A stretch of DNA of 64,000 bases. Source: Orbicella franksi. Its lineage: Eukaryota. Where the stretch lies: positions 30,132,001 through 30,196,000 of the forward strand of contig OZ116705.1 in the NCBI GenBank assembly GCA_964199315.1, given 5' to 3'. Below the pieces are notes generated by a model. The model worked only from the letters and a program-made list of their open reading frames with translations, had not been told where the DNA came from and searched no databases. Shown one piece after another: positions 51,613 to 64,000 of the stretch. Numbering within the stretch: the first letter of the stretch is position 1; the number at the start of each line of letters is the position of its first letter. A program made the translations under genes and the position numbers.

Positions 51613-53015
51613 TCAGGTAGTTTCATAAAAGACTTCGACTTCGTCAGGTCGGAAGTTGGAACTACCCGCCAGGAATGATCGCGTGAAGGAGGATTGATAG
51701 CTGTAGCCAGGTGGCGGGCTGTAGGTGTGTCCAAGGTTATCGGCGTATGAGTTGGTATTTGACGCAGCGTTGTTGGCAATGTAAATATCGTGTGCTCCTC
51801 CAAATGTTGGTCCATAGGAAGAGCAGCTGTAGATGGAATAGCTTCTCCGATAACTATACTTTCCTGTTTGATCTAGCTTTAGTGGCTGCCAACCAGGCTT
51901 GTTAGCCAGTGAGAAGAGAAAGGCTGCTGAATCGTAGCGATATCCACAACTGTAACCTAATTTGAAATACACAATGGAAAAAGAAGTCCAACGTTAATGA
52001 TGTTTATTGACACTTAATGACGTATTACAATGTTAATTTGATTGGTTCAGAAAATTTTGCTATTATTCTAAGGTCGGCATAATTTCTTGTAGTGTTAATT
52101 TTAAGTTCTCTTGTTCCTGTATGTAAAATGTGTCCTAAGTTTTTCATAACTTCGATTCTCGGATAAGCAAGGCCGGTGGGAGACTGGAACCACTGCCCCG
52201 ATTTCTGACTACATGTGATTTCCATGCGACATTTTATAACTTACGTAAAAATAGTTTTCTCAGTTTTGCATGCATGAAACATCATTCTTCAGATCAAAAC
52301 CACTCAAATCCATTACTTTGTCGTCTGAAATCGGTCATACAGCTTATGATACCCGGTTCTAAAAATGCAAGTTTCTATTCGCCTGTTTATCACGATATGT
52401 TAACCAGAAAATTCTTAGTATCACTGACTTACTTTGCTTTCTCTGGGTGACCCTTTTTTCTGCACCCTTTCTTTAATGATTCCAACCCATTATAGCAAGT
52501 TACCGCTTCCTATAAAGGTCTTCCATCCCGGAGTTATCTCCCAAAATCGAATGAGTTATGAGACATGTAAACAGAGCAAATTATACATCGTGGAAGTAAG
52601 GTAAGCAATTTTGTTAAGAATTTCCCAGCTCTGAAATTTCCTACACCGTATTGTAAAATATTCCATTTTAAAACTTCGTTTTAAAATTCTCTGAGACCGC
52701 TATTGTGCAATATAATCATCGCTGACCCACAGCTTGAGCTTGGGTTACCTGTGATAAAATGAAATTCATCATAGCACTTACTCCATGACAAACTTGTGTA
52801 TCCTCCAAAAATATATTTCCCAACACGAACGATTGTGACAGTTGGACCTTTGCCGTCACACTTTGAATGGAAGGTATAGGAAGACCAACCATTTACAGTT
52901 GCCTGGTAACAGCGATTCCAGTAAGAAGATTGGCGAGTTACAGGCTTTAACCATTTATCCAGCCATGTCAAAAAATTCTGGCTGTTTCCCACAATGCTGG
53001 AATAGTTAAGACCCG
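51613..53015 (-). other. TLDc domain (exons 17-18; equivalents A 8857-10197, B 29729-31045, C 37984-39385)
   Basis: W.RCYQAT.NGW....[26 protein letters not shown] / FLFSL / GPTFGG..DI.I / F...EVEVF, the canonical TLDc motifs. Confidence 0.9.
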
Positions 53016-56000
53016 CTGCAAAATTAACATATAAGCACGTTTTTTGGATCCATTTTATACCTAGTGTATGTTTTAATGGGTCATGTTGAAAGTTGGTTTC
53101 GCTAAGAATTAATACCACTGTCATCTTCACCAGTTATAAGGTGACCATCTTTACTTTCACCGCAAATGTGACGCTGACCAAAGGTGTATTGTTTGTTCGG
53201 AGACATATTTTAAAGGTGGTCGTTTTATGCCACCGTACAACTTAAGATATTTTTATCTGGAATATCACGTCCTACATTTTGGGTCGCAGTAATCAACACT
53301 CTTAACGGATGATTTTAAATCCCGAACAGGAAAATATTCGGATAGTATTTGTCAGGAAAACGTAACATCATAACCAATGCTCAGCGCCGACGTCAGAATT
53401 CTCAATGGAAAAATTACCGGCAGACAAACTCACGAAATTTGACAGCTTTTATAAATATTAAAATTTTGGAAGATGTTTTTTTATGATTCAATTTCACATA
53501 GGTTCTTTTCGCTCCACCCCAAACCCCCACCCCTTTCTATCTGAATAGGGTTAATGTTAATGTCAAAGCGTGTTTGTAGTAGCAAGGAGGTAGTAAACAA
53601 CATAACTGAGTCGTGTCCTCTTTTTGTTGCAGCTGTAACAGTCCTTGCAATATGGCAAACTTATCCGAGATGGAAAGGAGAAATCTGATTGGCTCTCTGA
53701 GCGGTCCGAGTTTTGTAATATTAACAGCTGAGATGCACCATCCATGAATTAGTTTTGGCGAATTGTTTTTCTTCAAACCATCTCACAAAAAAGCAGTTTG
53801 TAACTAAGATGAAATCTCAGGTTTTTTTGTTCGTTTTTTGACATCATATTTGGGGGACAATTTTAGCTTAACTCTAACCACTACTACCAAAATTGAAGTA
53901 CAATAAACGTGAAATACTCACCTGCCGCGGTGTACCTGCAGGTTTTGCCGTCTCCTGATAAAGGATGGTTACATGTACATGTGTAGGATCCTACAGTGTT
54001 CGTACATGAAGCTGAACGGTGACAGTCGTGTACACCGCTGACACACTCATCGATATCTTTGGGTAATAAGGAACAGGATAAAACATAAATTGTTGTTTCC
54101 TTGTTCAACAAAAAGTGCTTTATGTTCTGAAGTAAGGAGTTTTCGTGCTATTGATATAAATAGTACTTTATCGTAAATTTGATAGTACGTGTCGTAATTG
54201 GAGGTTCACGATGTTTGTTAATAAAACCTCTCAAGGGAAATAGTTCTGGTTGTAGAGCGTTGTCATGGCAGCCATATTGCTATTCCTGGTCAGAGGAATA
54301 TGTTTGCATATCAAAAGAACCCGTTTTCCAAAGGAAGGTGAGAAGTTTTATTATTTGGGAACCGTGACTTCCATGAGCCGTGTTGGTTCTCAGTTAGTTA
54401 TCTTTGTGAAAATTCCTAAAAGGGCGTCGTTTCTTAAGATGTGAGATCTCTAAATTTTAAACAGCATATTGACCAGCAATTAAATGTACAAATAGACAAA
54501 ACTGATTGCTAATTGTTCACACCTTAGATGTTGCCCGTGAATAGAACCAAAACACATGTAAATATCCCCCTTTTCATGTTTTGCATCCAAAAACCAGACC
54601 AAAAAAAACATAAGTATATTTTACATGCTATAAATTTGTAAGGCGAATAGCCTTTTCAACCAATACCTTTTGTAGTTCTTGTCAACTGTAAAAATAACTT
54701 ACCAGTGCAATTTTTGCCATCGCCTGAGTATCCAGCTTTGCACGCACAAGTGTAAGATCCACGAGCATTGTTACAAGCAGCATTCATATTACAGCTATGA
54801 GAGTTTGAAGAGCACTCGTCTACGTCTGAAACAGGATTAAAGGAGTAAATAAATAAACGTTGAGCTGTCGTTAGTCTAACCATTTCATCTAAGAAGCATA
54901 CAGCTTGAGAACAGTCCGTCAAAATTTTACGGTAAGTAGTCAGTACCTTTCAATGAAAAGTAAATTTATTTTACTTTCCACAATCTCTAACTAATTCTCA
55001 GCTGCTTTGGGATGATTTATATTACCCCGGTTCTAAGCCATTAGCGCCGGCTTCGAAATTGTTAAAAAAAGGTTGAACTTTTCTCTATTGTTATTCTCAT
55101 TGCACAAGAGCTGCTGATTACAGTTTTTTTAAGCCCATCAAAGGAGGAAAAAATTCATAGTTGTTGAAAATGAAGTGAGATTGCTCAGTACATTCAGCAT
55201 CAATATCAAATGTATTGCTGCTTAGGTGTTGTTTGTTTGATGGTTGGTAGATTTCTTACCATTGCAAGTTTTTCCGTCTCCGGTATATCCAGCTCTACAC
55301 TTACAGGAATATGAGCCCACGGTATTCGCACAATCTGCATTTCCGTCACAATTATGAGTGTTGGTGTAGCATTCCTCCAGATCTGAAAAAATAAAATTTG
55401 GAAAAAACATGAAATAGTCATCAAATGAACGAATAATGTTTACAGTATTGGTTTGTAACAAACTATTTTGAAAATTAACCAAGGAACCTTTTTGAGCGCG
55501 CAAGATTATTCCTGGCTACATTCTGGGGAGTCAAATCTTTTTTTTTTAGTAGATTTACAGAATGTAAATTAACCACATTAAACAAGAGATTTAACACCTG
55601 TAAAACAAGTAAAGTTGAAGCAGTTATCACATGGCACGTCATTCCAAGCGTATCCATGCCTCACGCCAAGAGTGTGCACACAGTCTTCGTTGTTCCAGTT
55701 GTTTGGTTGCTTTGGAGCCCAGAACCTAAAACCGCTAATTTCTTTGTTTGTCCACACAAAAGAGCCTTCAACACTGCGGTCATTCAGCCCTATCCATGAT
55801 CTAGCGCCAGAATGACGGTGTTGAATAAATACGTTTTCCTCCTGGTTGTGCACTGTCACCAGATCAGAGTTCATCTCAGAACAGTTGGACTCAGCAGTCA
55901 ACCATGTGGCGCATGCGGGGCTTGAAAAGTAGCAATAACCACCAAAGTAAGTCCATCCTGGCTGACAAATGTCTGTAGATGTAAACAAAAATAAATCCTT

Positions 56001-59000
56001 AAGAAGTGAAAAAAAGCATTAAGAATGTCTTGAGTGTTTTTTAAAAAGGAAATAGTTGCTTGTCAAGCCTTCACATGTTTTGGCATTGTACTCCTGCATG
56101 ACTAAAATATTGGACGTCGTTTGTTATGAAATTAACTTCTGACCATGAAAATAAAAGACCCTGCTCAAATCTTATTTTTAACAATATAAGACACAGAGGT
56201 TACTAAAACATGAATACTAACTGAGCTAAACTACTGATCTTGAGAATAATAAAATTAACGTTCAATTATTTTTGTCCGTACCTGACAGGACAGTGTATGA
56301 GATAGACAGTGGATCATACTTTGTCCCGTACAACTCTTTTAAACAAACTCGGACACCGGTCTTATTGATGTACTGCAAGAAAAGAACCAAAATAATCAGT
56401 GGTCTCCTAAACTGAAGTCGAAAACTGAAATAATTTCCACAAGATTAACGGTGATATTCTGAATACTATTTAATTTCGTGAGTTTTCATTCTAGTAAGAC
56501 ATATCAATATCATCTTATTTGCCCCTAGTAGATATCCCTCAACATTCTGTACAACAGGAAATGTTTTTATCGATTATAACTTCCGCCATCTTGGAGACGC
56601 CATTTTGGATTTTAAGATTTTCTCGCGATTTAAGACAATGCAAATTAAAACAATATGATAATGGATGTAAAAAGGTACAATATTAATTTTGCATTGTTGT
56701 TTAAGAAAATTGGAAGAAACGAACAACTTTTGTCAAATAGACGAGATTTGGTTCGACCGGCGTGTCAAAAATGAAGATGCTATGGATATGCCTAAAGAAG
56801 TGAGGAAACAGAATTACCTCCACCCAAGCAGTTATTCCATTGTGTACTGGTTGTTGATTTCCACCGCTAGATGAATGGTTCGCGGAAACAAATACATTCG
56901 GTGTGCTGTTGTACTTTTCAGTGAAGCGGACATCCTAAAGAAAAACTCTCATTAAGCGAGCTGTTATCTAACTTTGATTCTGCTCGCAAACGAAATAATA
57001 ACCTACAGTATAGTTTTAATTTACATTTTTTTTTCTGTAGGATCTGTACACTAACTCTTGAAACTTTTGAAAAAGTAGTTCTAGGCCACCTCTCTAATAA
57101 GAAGAAAGAGATACCAACCTTACAAAAGGCATTGTTGTAATCTGCAGGTGGATGTTGGGCGTTAGCAAAATAGACTGAACGGTGTTCTGTAAAAAGAGGC
57201 TTGTGGAGAGAAGAAAACGCCAACCATTTCTAAAAGAGAGAAAAATAAATAAACATTAACAAGGAAATTAAGATAGAAATAGTATTTTTTTTTTCGCAAA
57301 ATTAATCGAGATAACCATTCAGTAAACGTTTGAATCCAGATTCTGTTTTCTCTAAATATGTAAGCATGCATGGTAACTGACATTAGAAACTAAGTTCGCA
57401 GTCCATAAGACCAGGTTCTGGAGATAAACTAACTTTTAATAAGCTATAGTAAGTGATAAAGATCTCTCAGTTTCTCGTGGCTGGTGAGTAAACGAAGGTG
57501 TACACACTTACAGTGTAAACATCGTCGTGAGATCCTGCGTAGTTCTGCAGCTCTCTCAAACAAACTTTAAACGAGGATTGCGTGACGTCTTCAATCCACA
57601 CACTCGCAGCGTCACGCTTGAGTCCTGCACGATAGTGCGCAGCGGTTACAAACACTGAGGGCATCACTGAAAACTTTCTCTGCATAGAAAACAAAAAAAC
57701 AAACAAACAAACACAGGTTGTTACCATTGACGTTCATCTTACTGATGTTGTTGTTGTTGCTGTTGTCCTAGTGCTGTTTAACAGTAACGAGAGTTTGGAA
57801 ATCTAGTGCGGATTGATGCTCTAATGGCTTAGTGCAAAGCAACATTTTAGGTCCATTAGTGCAAATAAAATCATATTATTTTGACCTGAATCCGACCACT
57901 ATATGCTATTGAACACTACTCTTCGTGAACTTGAGTTGTAAAATGAAACAAAAAGTACCTACCGATGGAAAATTGACAGATTTACAAGTCGTTCCAGTCC
58001 ACCATTGTGATATCCGCACTTCCCCGGCAACACCACCCACTGGAGCCCCTTGGTACGCCATCCAATCAACTGTTACGTTAGCTTTTGATTTCCGCTCATT
58101 GTAGCCTGCCGCCATCACACATGCAGTGAATCGATCATAACTGACATTTTCGACCCACGACACAGCGGCATCATGTACATATGACTTGTCACTGGTGTCA
58201 ATATGATTGACAGTGATCTGGACTTCAAGTGGTTTGTCAGGATAAAACACATATTGCTTGAGGCCAATTACTTCACAATGAGAATATCCCAGTGAAGGAA
58301 TGTGTGGCATGTGACGGCGACCTCGCTGGAAAGGAAATCCTTTAAAAAATAACAGTGCAAAACACTAATCAGCACAAGCGATTTAAACTTCTCACGTTTT
58401 CTCATCGTAACCATCACCATCTTCTTCGACATCTTCAGAAAATTCTGCCTAAAACAATTTCTAACCTTCACAACTACCAGGGTGTTGCACAGAGAAATTC
58501 AATCGCTGAATGCACATTTCCTGTCGAAACAAACACTCATTGTCGTATGTTGTGCCATTTGATGAGCAGACTGGTTCCTGGTACGATGGACAACTGTCAA
58601 CAGCAACGCAGCGAGCATCATTTGGTCCAAACGCTTTACACAGGCAGTGATAATGACATGTCACGTCGATGCAAGGATCCAAGTCTGGCAAGACACAAAC
58701 AATTGTCAGTAAACGATTTGATATTCTAGTACACACTTGCTTGATAGTTATTCCCACTTCTGCCTTCTCAGTGTGGGCTCGCAAGCTTTTTTAAAGATTA
58801 TTGCACTGAACAACATCCCGGAGGGGAAAAGGGGGTACCGGAAAGAGAATGTTGAATATACCAAGTGGGTTTTGAATATCCAAATGAAATCTTTTTGCCT
58901 ACCTCCAGTGACCATGTAGTCGACAGTGATAACATCTTTATTGTTGGCGTCGCTGTTGTAATTCTTCACACACACTTGTGCATCAGTTGTAGATGTATGC

Positions 59001-62000
59001 TGAATAAAACCAAAGATGAATTAAACCCGGCCTAATTCAAGTTGCTATACAGCCCGAATAGTTTTAAAGAACTCGTGTAAACGAAAGTTACGGTGAAACT
59101 AAAACTTACTGAAATCGCTTTGAAACGGCCCCAAAACAGCATAGAAACACAAGTAACAAACGGAAGAGTTAAAGTAATTATTTTTTTATTGAATTTTGTT
59201 TCCATGTCTCGAGCTGTTATATGCGATTGTTACATTCCCATACAAACTGTTATAATTACGTTGTTGCGCAATGTCGTCTAATATTTACGGGTCTCGAGGA
59301 ACTTGGGATGTTTGTGCCATTACCTGATGAGAGTTTGCTAAACTCGCACAAAGGTCACAACAGGTATTCCTTACCTCAACCCAAGCGGTGACAGCGTTAC
59401 AACGTGACCTAGAGAGATTTGCATTGTTGTTGTTGTCAGTGCGTTTGGGCGTCACTAACACAACGGGACGAGCATAAAATGGTTTTGTGAAGTTCACTGT
59501 CTGCAATGTGAAAGAAAAAAATTTCTTTATATCGATTGCATTTCCACGAGTCTCTTTTAGAGGTAAGCCGGGTTGATAAATAATCCTTATTGGTATTTAT
59601 AATGCGCTGATTCCAATGTTTAGATTCCAAATCCGAGCAGCTTTGATTTGAACAAGAGGAAAAGTATGTTTGATCCGTTGGTCACCGAAGATGAAATTGA
59701 GTCTCAGAAACTATTTATGACAGATTTTGTGGGCCCACAGGTCAAATAGTTCCCCGTTTAACAGTCAATTTTAACTTCCTCCATTGTTATGAAAGCATTG
59801 CTGTTGTTCAGTTGCCCTTTTGATGCCCTATTATAAAGAGGATTTAGATAAGAAACAATAATGCCGCGGGCCGGCAATAATTATTCTTACTTGACAGAAA
59901 GCGTAGTTATCCTGATCAGATGGTGAGTTTGTATTGGTAAACACGAGACTGTCGGTTATGGTAAAATTGTCAACACTCAGATTTGTGAACGCCATCCAAT
60001 TCTGCTGAAGAAATAAAAGATATTGTAGTTGAGACCTGTCAATTATTAAAGAAATAAAAACATGCACAATTAGGGACTGTTTTAACCAACGTACAAGAGT
60101 ACATGAAATTATCGGCAAGATACGCAAACCCAGTAAGATGTTGATAATTAGCCTTTTTTCAGGAAAAAAAATCTGTAAACGAGGCAACTCTCCTTGTGTA
60201 TGCATTCAGCTGCTTCCAGTCAACGGTTTCTACCACATGGTTTCTACAAGTAGCTTGAGGTTTATTAAAGAGTTAACAAAAACATATTTTCTTTGTATTG
60301 TTTTCTTTTGAAAGCCAACGATTGATGTTTTATACTGGTACACAAAAAAGACTCATCTGGAACAGCTTGAAATGGACGGTGATCAGGCACGTCACAAGGG
60401 GAAGTTGACCTCTGATATATTTGGAACATCGTAACGCATGTAAATATTTCAGATTACTGCTCTTTAGTCAGGGGTCATCATGATTTTCATTCAACTTTGA
60501 TGAAATGCAATTCTTTGGGAGAGCGTAGTTGATTAGAGTGACGACTGACAGAAAACGAAACTGAGATTTACTCACTATCTTTATGCCTTTATGAGGTCCA
60601 TCGAAAATCTTTGCTTCTCTGAGACAAATTTCGAAATTGTCCACGCGCAACTCCTCCACCCACACGGCCATGGCATCTTGAGGTCTCTTGGGAACTTGGT
60701 GACTAGCAGTTACAAATATGGTTGGAGGAGTCGAAAACCGCTGAAATGAAATAATGAGAGAAGTTAAGATTAGTAAATTAAGCGAGTGAGTGGGTGAATG
60801 ACTGAATGAACAGATCAGGGAAAAGTAAATGAACGATAATGAGAGAATGCGTGAATGCTTGCTTGAGTGTCAAATGTTCTTCCACTTTAGGGACACCATG
60901 AGATTCCAACAGATCTTTGAAAAACTGATTGAACATTTGGGATGGTAAAAATACAAAATGACTCAAATAACAAATTAATAATTAATATTCAAAACTGAGT
61001 CAAGCAACACGTTTCAGGTAACTAAAAGTGTAAATATTTTCTCAACAAGAGCCCGCCAAAGATATTTTAATAACAGAAAAAATACACCTCAATCCAATAG
61101 CCATTAATCAGCTTATTATTAATTGTTTTTAATCTTTTGCATCAGGAATATTCGCGTTTATGAAGAAAAATGGTCTTTTTAGTTGGTCTCAGTTGATAAA
61201 CGCTTCTAATATTCTACAAAATTTCAACATAGTGACAGTTAACTCATATTTTTCGATTGCATTGAAATAGTTTTCTATACAGGCTTAGCCTCAAGTTGCT
61301 TGGCAACTTTTTAATTACAAGGCAATTGTTCCACTTGGGGCAACTTCTCACTAAGAGAGGCAACTTTTTAGTCTTTTTTCTGCAGTTAAATTGTGAAATA
61401 TTCCGCATATCAATATTTATCCTCTGACGCTATATATCTCCAATACTTTATGCTGAGCAATCACGCCAAATTACAGTGGTCAGTGGTTGCGCAAGTCGCG
61501 TTTCAACATGGCAGATGATTGACAATTTTCAGTAAAGGAAAATTCATTACCTAACTCCGCGTGACTTGCACGGTAAATTTCACGCGAAAAACCGATATTG
61601 CACAAATCGCGAAGTGAAGCCAGAAAGCGAACCTAGCGGAAAACACTATTCAACAACTTTGAGCAAACATTTTGAAGTAAAGAATAATTTTACACTCAAA
61701 TTCAAATTTAAATACAAGCTGAATTTTCGATGTTCGTGTCTGAACAACGCGCGAGTTAAGAATACTGAAAAAGTCCAATTCTATTTCCCTCAGCAAAAAA
61801 GCTTACCGAAAACTGACGATATACCATATTGCAAGTTGATGGAAATATTTACTGGGGAGTTGTCAAACGATGCCCGATCAGTAAACAGTCAACCGAGAGC
61901 TGTCGCCGTAAATCACAAGTGATGACTGCTGGTGGCGAGGTTAGCCCGCTGTTAATTTTGCGTGGAGCCGAAGGCGCCTCAAGTGTTAAACAGAAGCACT

Positions 62001-63947
62001 GAATGCAAACCCAGCCACCTTGTTTGACATCCTTCGTCGTTTTTCCAGAGGCTGTAACTTGCAGTTGAATCTGGGTTAGCGTGACCTGTCAGCTCCGAGA
62101 TTTTCAGCGGATGAAAGTCGTCGTGTAGGCTTTGAATACGACTGTTGTACCGCCGCTTGAGTTTGTAAATTTGCCATCCAAGGACGCGGTTGAGGCGATT
62201 TGCAAGTGTATTTCGGTCGACTTGAACCATTTTATACAAGATATTTGATGTTGGTTTCTTTACTGGAGTGAGGAAAAACTTGGTAAGATAATTGAGACTC
62301 TTAGGAGATGGACTACATACTCAAAATGAATGCTGTACTGTAGCTGTGTTTTCTTTGTATTTGGTGGGGTAATGCTCTCTTTGAGAACTGCCATTTCGTC
62401 TTCTGTGTATGTCACAATTAATTGACACTGGAGCTTCTTCGGCTGCTGAACTCTGTCTTGCGGCTTTCTCCTGGTTCGCTTCGGCAATTTTCTTGTCCAA
62501 GTTATGATTTTGTCGTTTTCAGGTAGTCGCTAGCGTAATCAGCTTTTTCTATCTCTCTGAAAAGTTGTACTTTAGTTCAAAGCAGAGCGAAACTTCATTT
62601 CCATTTTGAAAAAGCCTTGTGCTTGTTTTTGGCTTTGTGAAACATGATTAAAAGGTCACTGTTAACGTTTTTTTGTTGTTTCGGTGCAATATCACGCAAG
62701 GCCTCGCTTTCAAGAGTCGCAATTCCACGCTAAGCACCTCGCCTGGGTAACCAATCAGAGTGCGAGATTTCTCTGAGCTCTGCGATTCTTAAGCAGTTTT
62801 AAACCGGCCCTTTTGATGCTGAAAACAATCTTTAAGGACAACTCTTTTCAGTGCTATTTCCCTTCTAAAATATTGACAACTTTTTTTACGAATTTTTCAA
62901 ACAAAAAAACTGGTTAACTGTAAGGAAGCTTTTTCCTATTGATTGGCAACTTTTGGCTTTTATTTAATTATTTATCTTTTTGCAATTTTTAGGAAATTCT
63001 GAGTGCGTGGCCAGGCCTAATTCTTCGATCTTCAATTTTTACACACCATTTCTTCATCTTTTGTTATACACATAAGATTACTTTGTATAGTGCAATCATT
63101 TTTTGGGGGCTAACTGACCGTCTTAATGTGTTTTGTGTAACTGATTTGCTTCTTTCTAGTCCACATCCACAATCACGGTTCCCTTTTTCATAAACGCTTT
63201 ATATATCTCTTTGCCCTCTATCAGTACCACTTAACAAAACAAATTCTAACCTGCTGGAAATCGATCCTCTTGCATTCCGTTCCAGTTGTCCAAGAGTTTA
63301 AGGATGTGGTGCCAATTTGAGATCCATCTGGTTTCGTTTCAAACGCAAGATAGTTTACCTCAATGGACTTATTTGAACCGTTAGCAAATTCTAGAACACA
63401 GACAGTAAATTCACTCGCTTTAACATCTTCTACCCAGACTGCAGCGCCGTTCCGAGGGATTTGGCTCTTCACGGTATGGCCAACTGAGGCGAGAACCGTT
63501 ACTTGCTGTCGGCCGTAAAGTGGCGTTTGGAAGTAAATCTTCTTACAACCGAACAGCCCTAGTGAGCTTGTTGTTACGTTTTCTTTTCCGGCCTTGAATC
63601 CGAGTGCTATAAAGGAATAAATAAGACTTTTTTCTTCAAAATTATCGCACTTACAAAGTTTTAACTGAATGCACGGCCGATATCCTAGGAATGGACATGT
63701 TAGTTGCTTTAGGAAGAGATTTAATTCTCAATTTCCTTGATCTGTGCGCCCCTCCCCCAACTTTCAGCTCACTTCTTGTCTGATCAACAAGACGTAAAAA
63801 CGCCTGCGCTTGCCGCGAAAAGTTGAATTAAGGTTTACAGTCACAAAATGTAAAGAGTCGACCCATACCTTCAGTGGCTGGAGCGCCCACGCAAATCAAC
63901 AAGAAAATGAGAAAGAAGTGCATCGCGTATTGGTGCTCAGACGACAT
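51613..63947 (-). CDS. Copy D: complete, intact secreted H-type-lectin-like x6 / follistatin-Kazal / C-type lectin / cbEGF x3 / TLDc protein, 1116 aa
   Basis: 18 exons (minus): 63869-63947, 63251-63606, 60576-60740, 59891-60001, 59375-59500, 58903-58999, 58466-58684, 57963-58339, 57512-57679, 57119-57229, 56818-56934, 56282-56372, 55598-55972, 55260-55382, 54703-54825, 53922-54056, 52782-53015, 51613-51956; total 3351 nt. All sites are GT-AG, with no internal stop. N-terminus [26 protein letters not shown]; no transmembrane segment seen. Confidence 0.92.
53922..55382 (-). other. Three calcium-binding EGF domains (exons 14-16; A 6364-8018, B 27428-28890)
   Basis: D(L/V/I)(E/D)EC...CxN(T/A)xGSYxCxCxxG/Pxx GDG; one domain per phase 1-1 exon. 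Confidence 0.92.
55598..55972 (-). other. C-type lectin domain (exon 13; A 5777-6151, B 26868-27242)
   Basis: [13 protein letters not shown]...W..A...C...L...WIGLND...F.W....QPNN...EDCV....WND.PC. Confidence 0.95.
56282..58339 (-). other. Lectin-like module 2: three ~95-aa H-type-lectin-like repeats (exons 8-12; A 3208-5224, B 20890-26561)
   Basis: Repeated C..(V/I).F...F...P.V.V...H......A..W(V/I)E.V....F..C......V.W.A pattern. The repeat is seen directly; the H-type lectin fold is inferred from motif similarity. Confidence 0.6.
58466..58684 (-). other. Follistatin-N + Kazal domain (exon 7; A 2856-3074, B 20544-20762)
   Basis: DPCIDVTC...C...[20 protein letters not shown]......C........GSC; 10 Cys. 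Confidence 0.9.
58903..63606 (-). other. Lectin-like module 1: three H-type-lectin-like repeats (exons 2-6; B 15832-20324)
   Basis: Same repeat motif (AVWVEDV, AVWVEEL, TAWVE|HT). Exon sizes and phases parallel exons 8-12. Confidence 0.6.
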
Positions 63948-64000
63948 CTTGCTCCGACTGAAAGGGAACTCCACTCTCATGCACATTATAATCATCACAA

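Noticed and set aside
1-64000. Four copies as a false duplication of haplotypes
   Set aside because: The copies carry independent insertions, deletions and intron divergence well beyond a simple collapse, and there are four distinct versions in two orientations. Read-level validation is still advisable.
1-64000. CRISPR array, tRNA or rRNA genes, prokaryotic operons
   Set aside because: No regularly spaced direct repeats, cloverleaf or rRNA motifs were seen; the genes are spliceosomal.

Overview
Eukaryotic, AT-rich genomic DNA. The repeat families and domain style suggest a stony coral or other anthozoan (inference). The window is almost entirely a four-copy array of one 18-exon gene, arranged A(+) B(+) | C(-) D(-): two head-to-tail pairs facing tail-to-tail across a ~7 kb spacer. 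I spliced the exons by hand (GT-AG sites, phases consistent). The product is a ~1116-aa secreted protein: signal peptide - 3 H-type-lectin-like repeats - follistatin/Kazal - 3 H-type-lectin-like repeats - C-type lectin - 3 Ca-binding EGF - C-terminal TLDc. TLDc domains are normally intracellular. Copy D is complete and intact. Copy A is intact, but exons 1-2 lie left of the window. Copy B has all frames open, but two splice donors are destroyed and a 3.6 kb ISL2EU-type (PIF/Harbinger-related) transposon sits next to one of them. Copy C has lost exons 4-16; in their place are a Penelope-like retroelement fragment, an 87-bp-arm hairpin and two hammerhead ribozyme motifs. The last TLDc exon is hypervariable between copies, with only in-frame indels and a Tyr/Ser/Arg-rich variable loop, whereas the lectin exons are nearly identical. 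Near-identical patches shared by otherwise divergent copies point to gene conversion. Several MITEs can be delimited exactly from empty sites in paralogous copies. No rRNA, tRNA or CRISPR array was seen.
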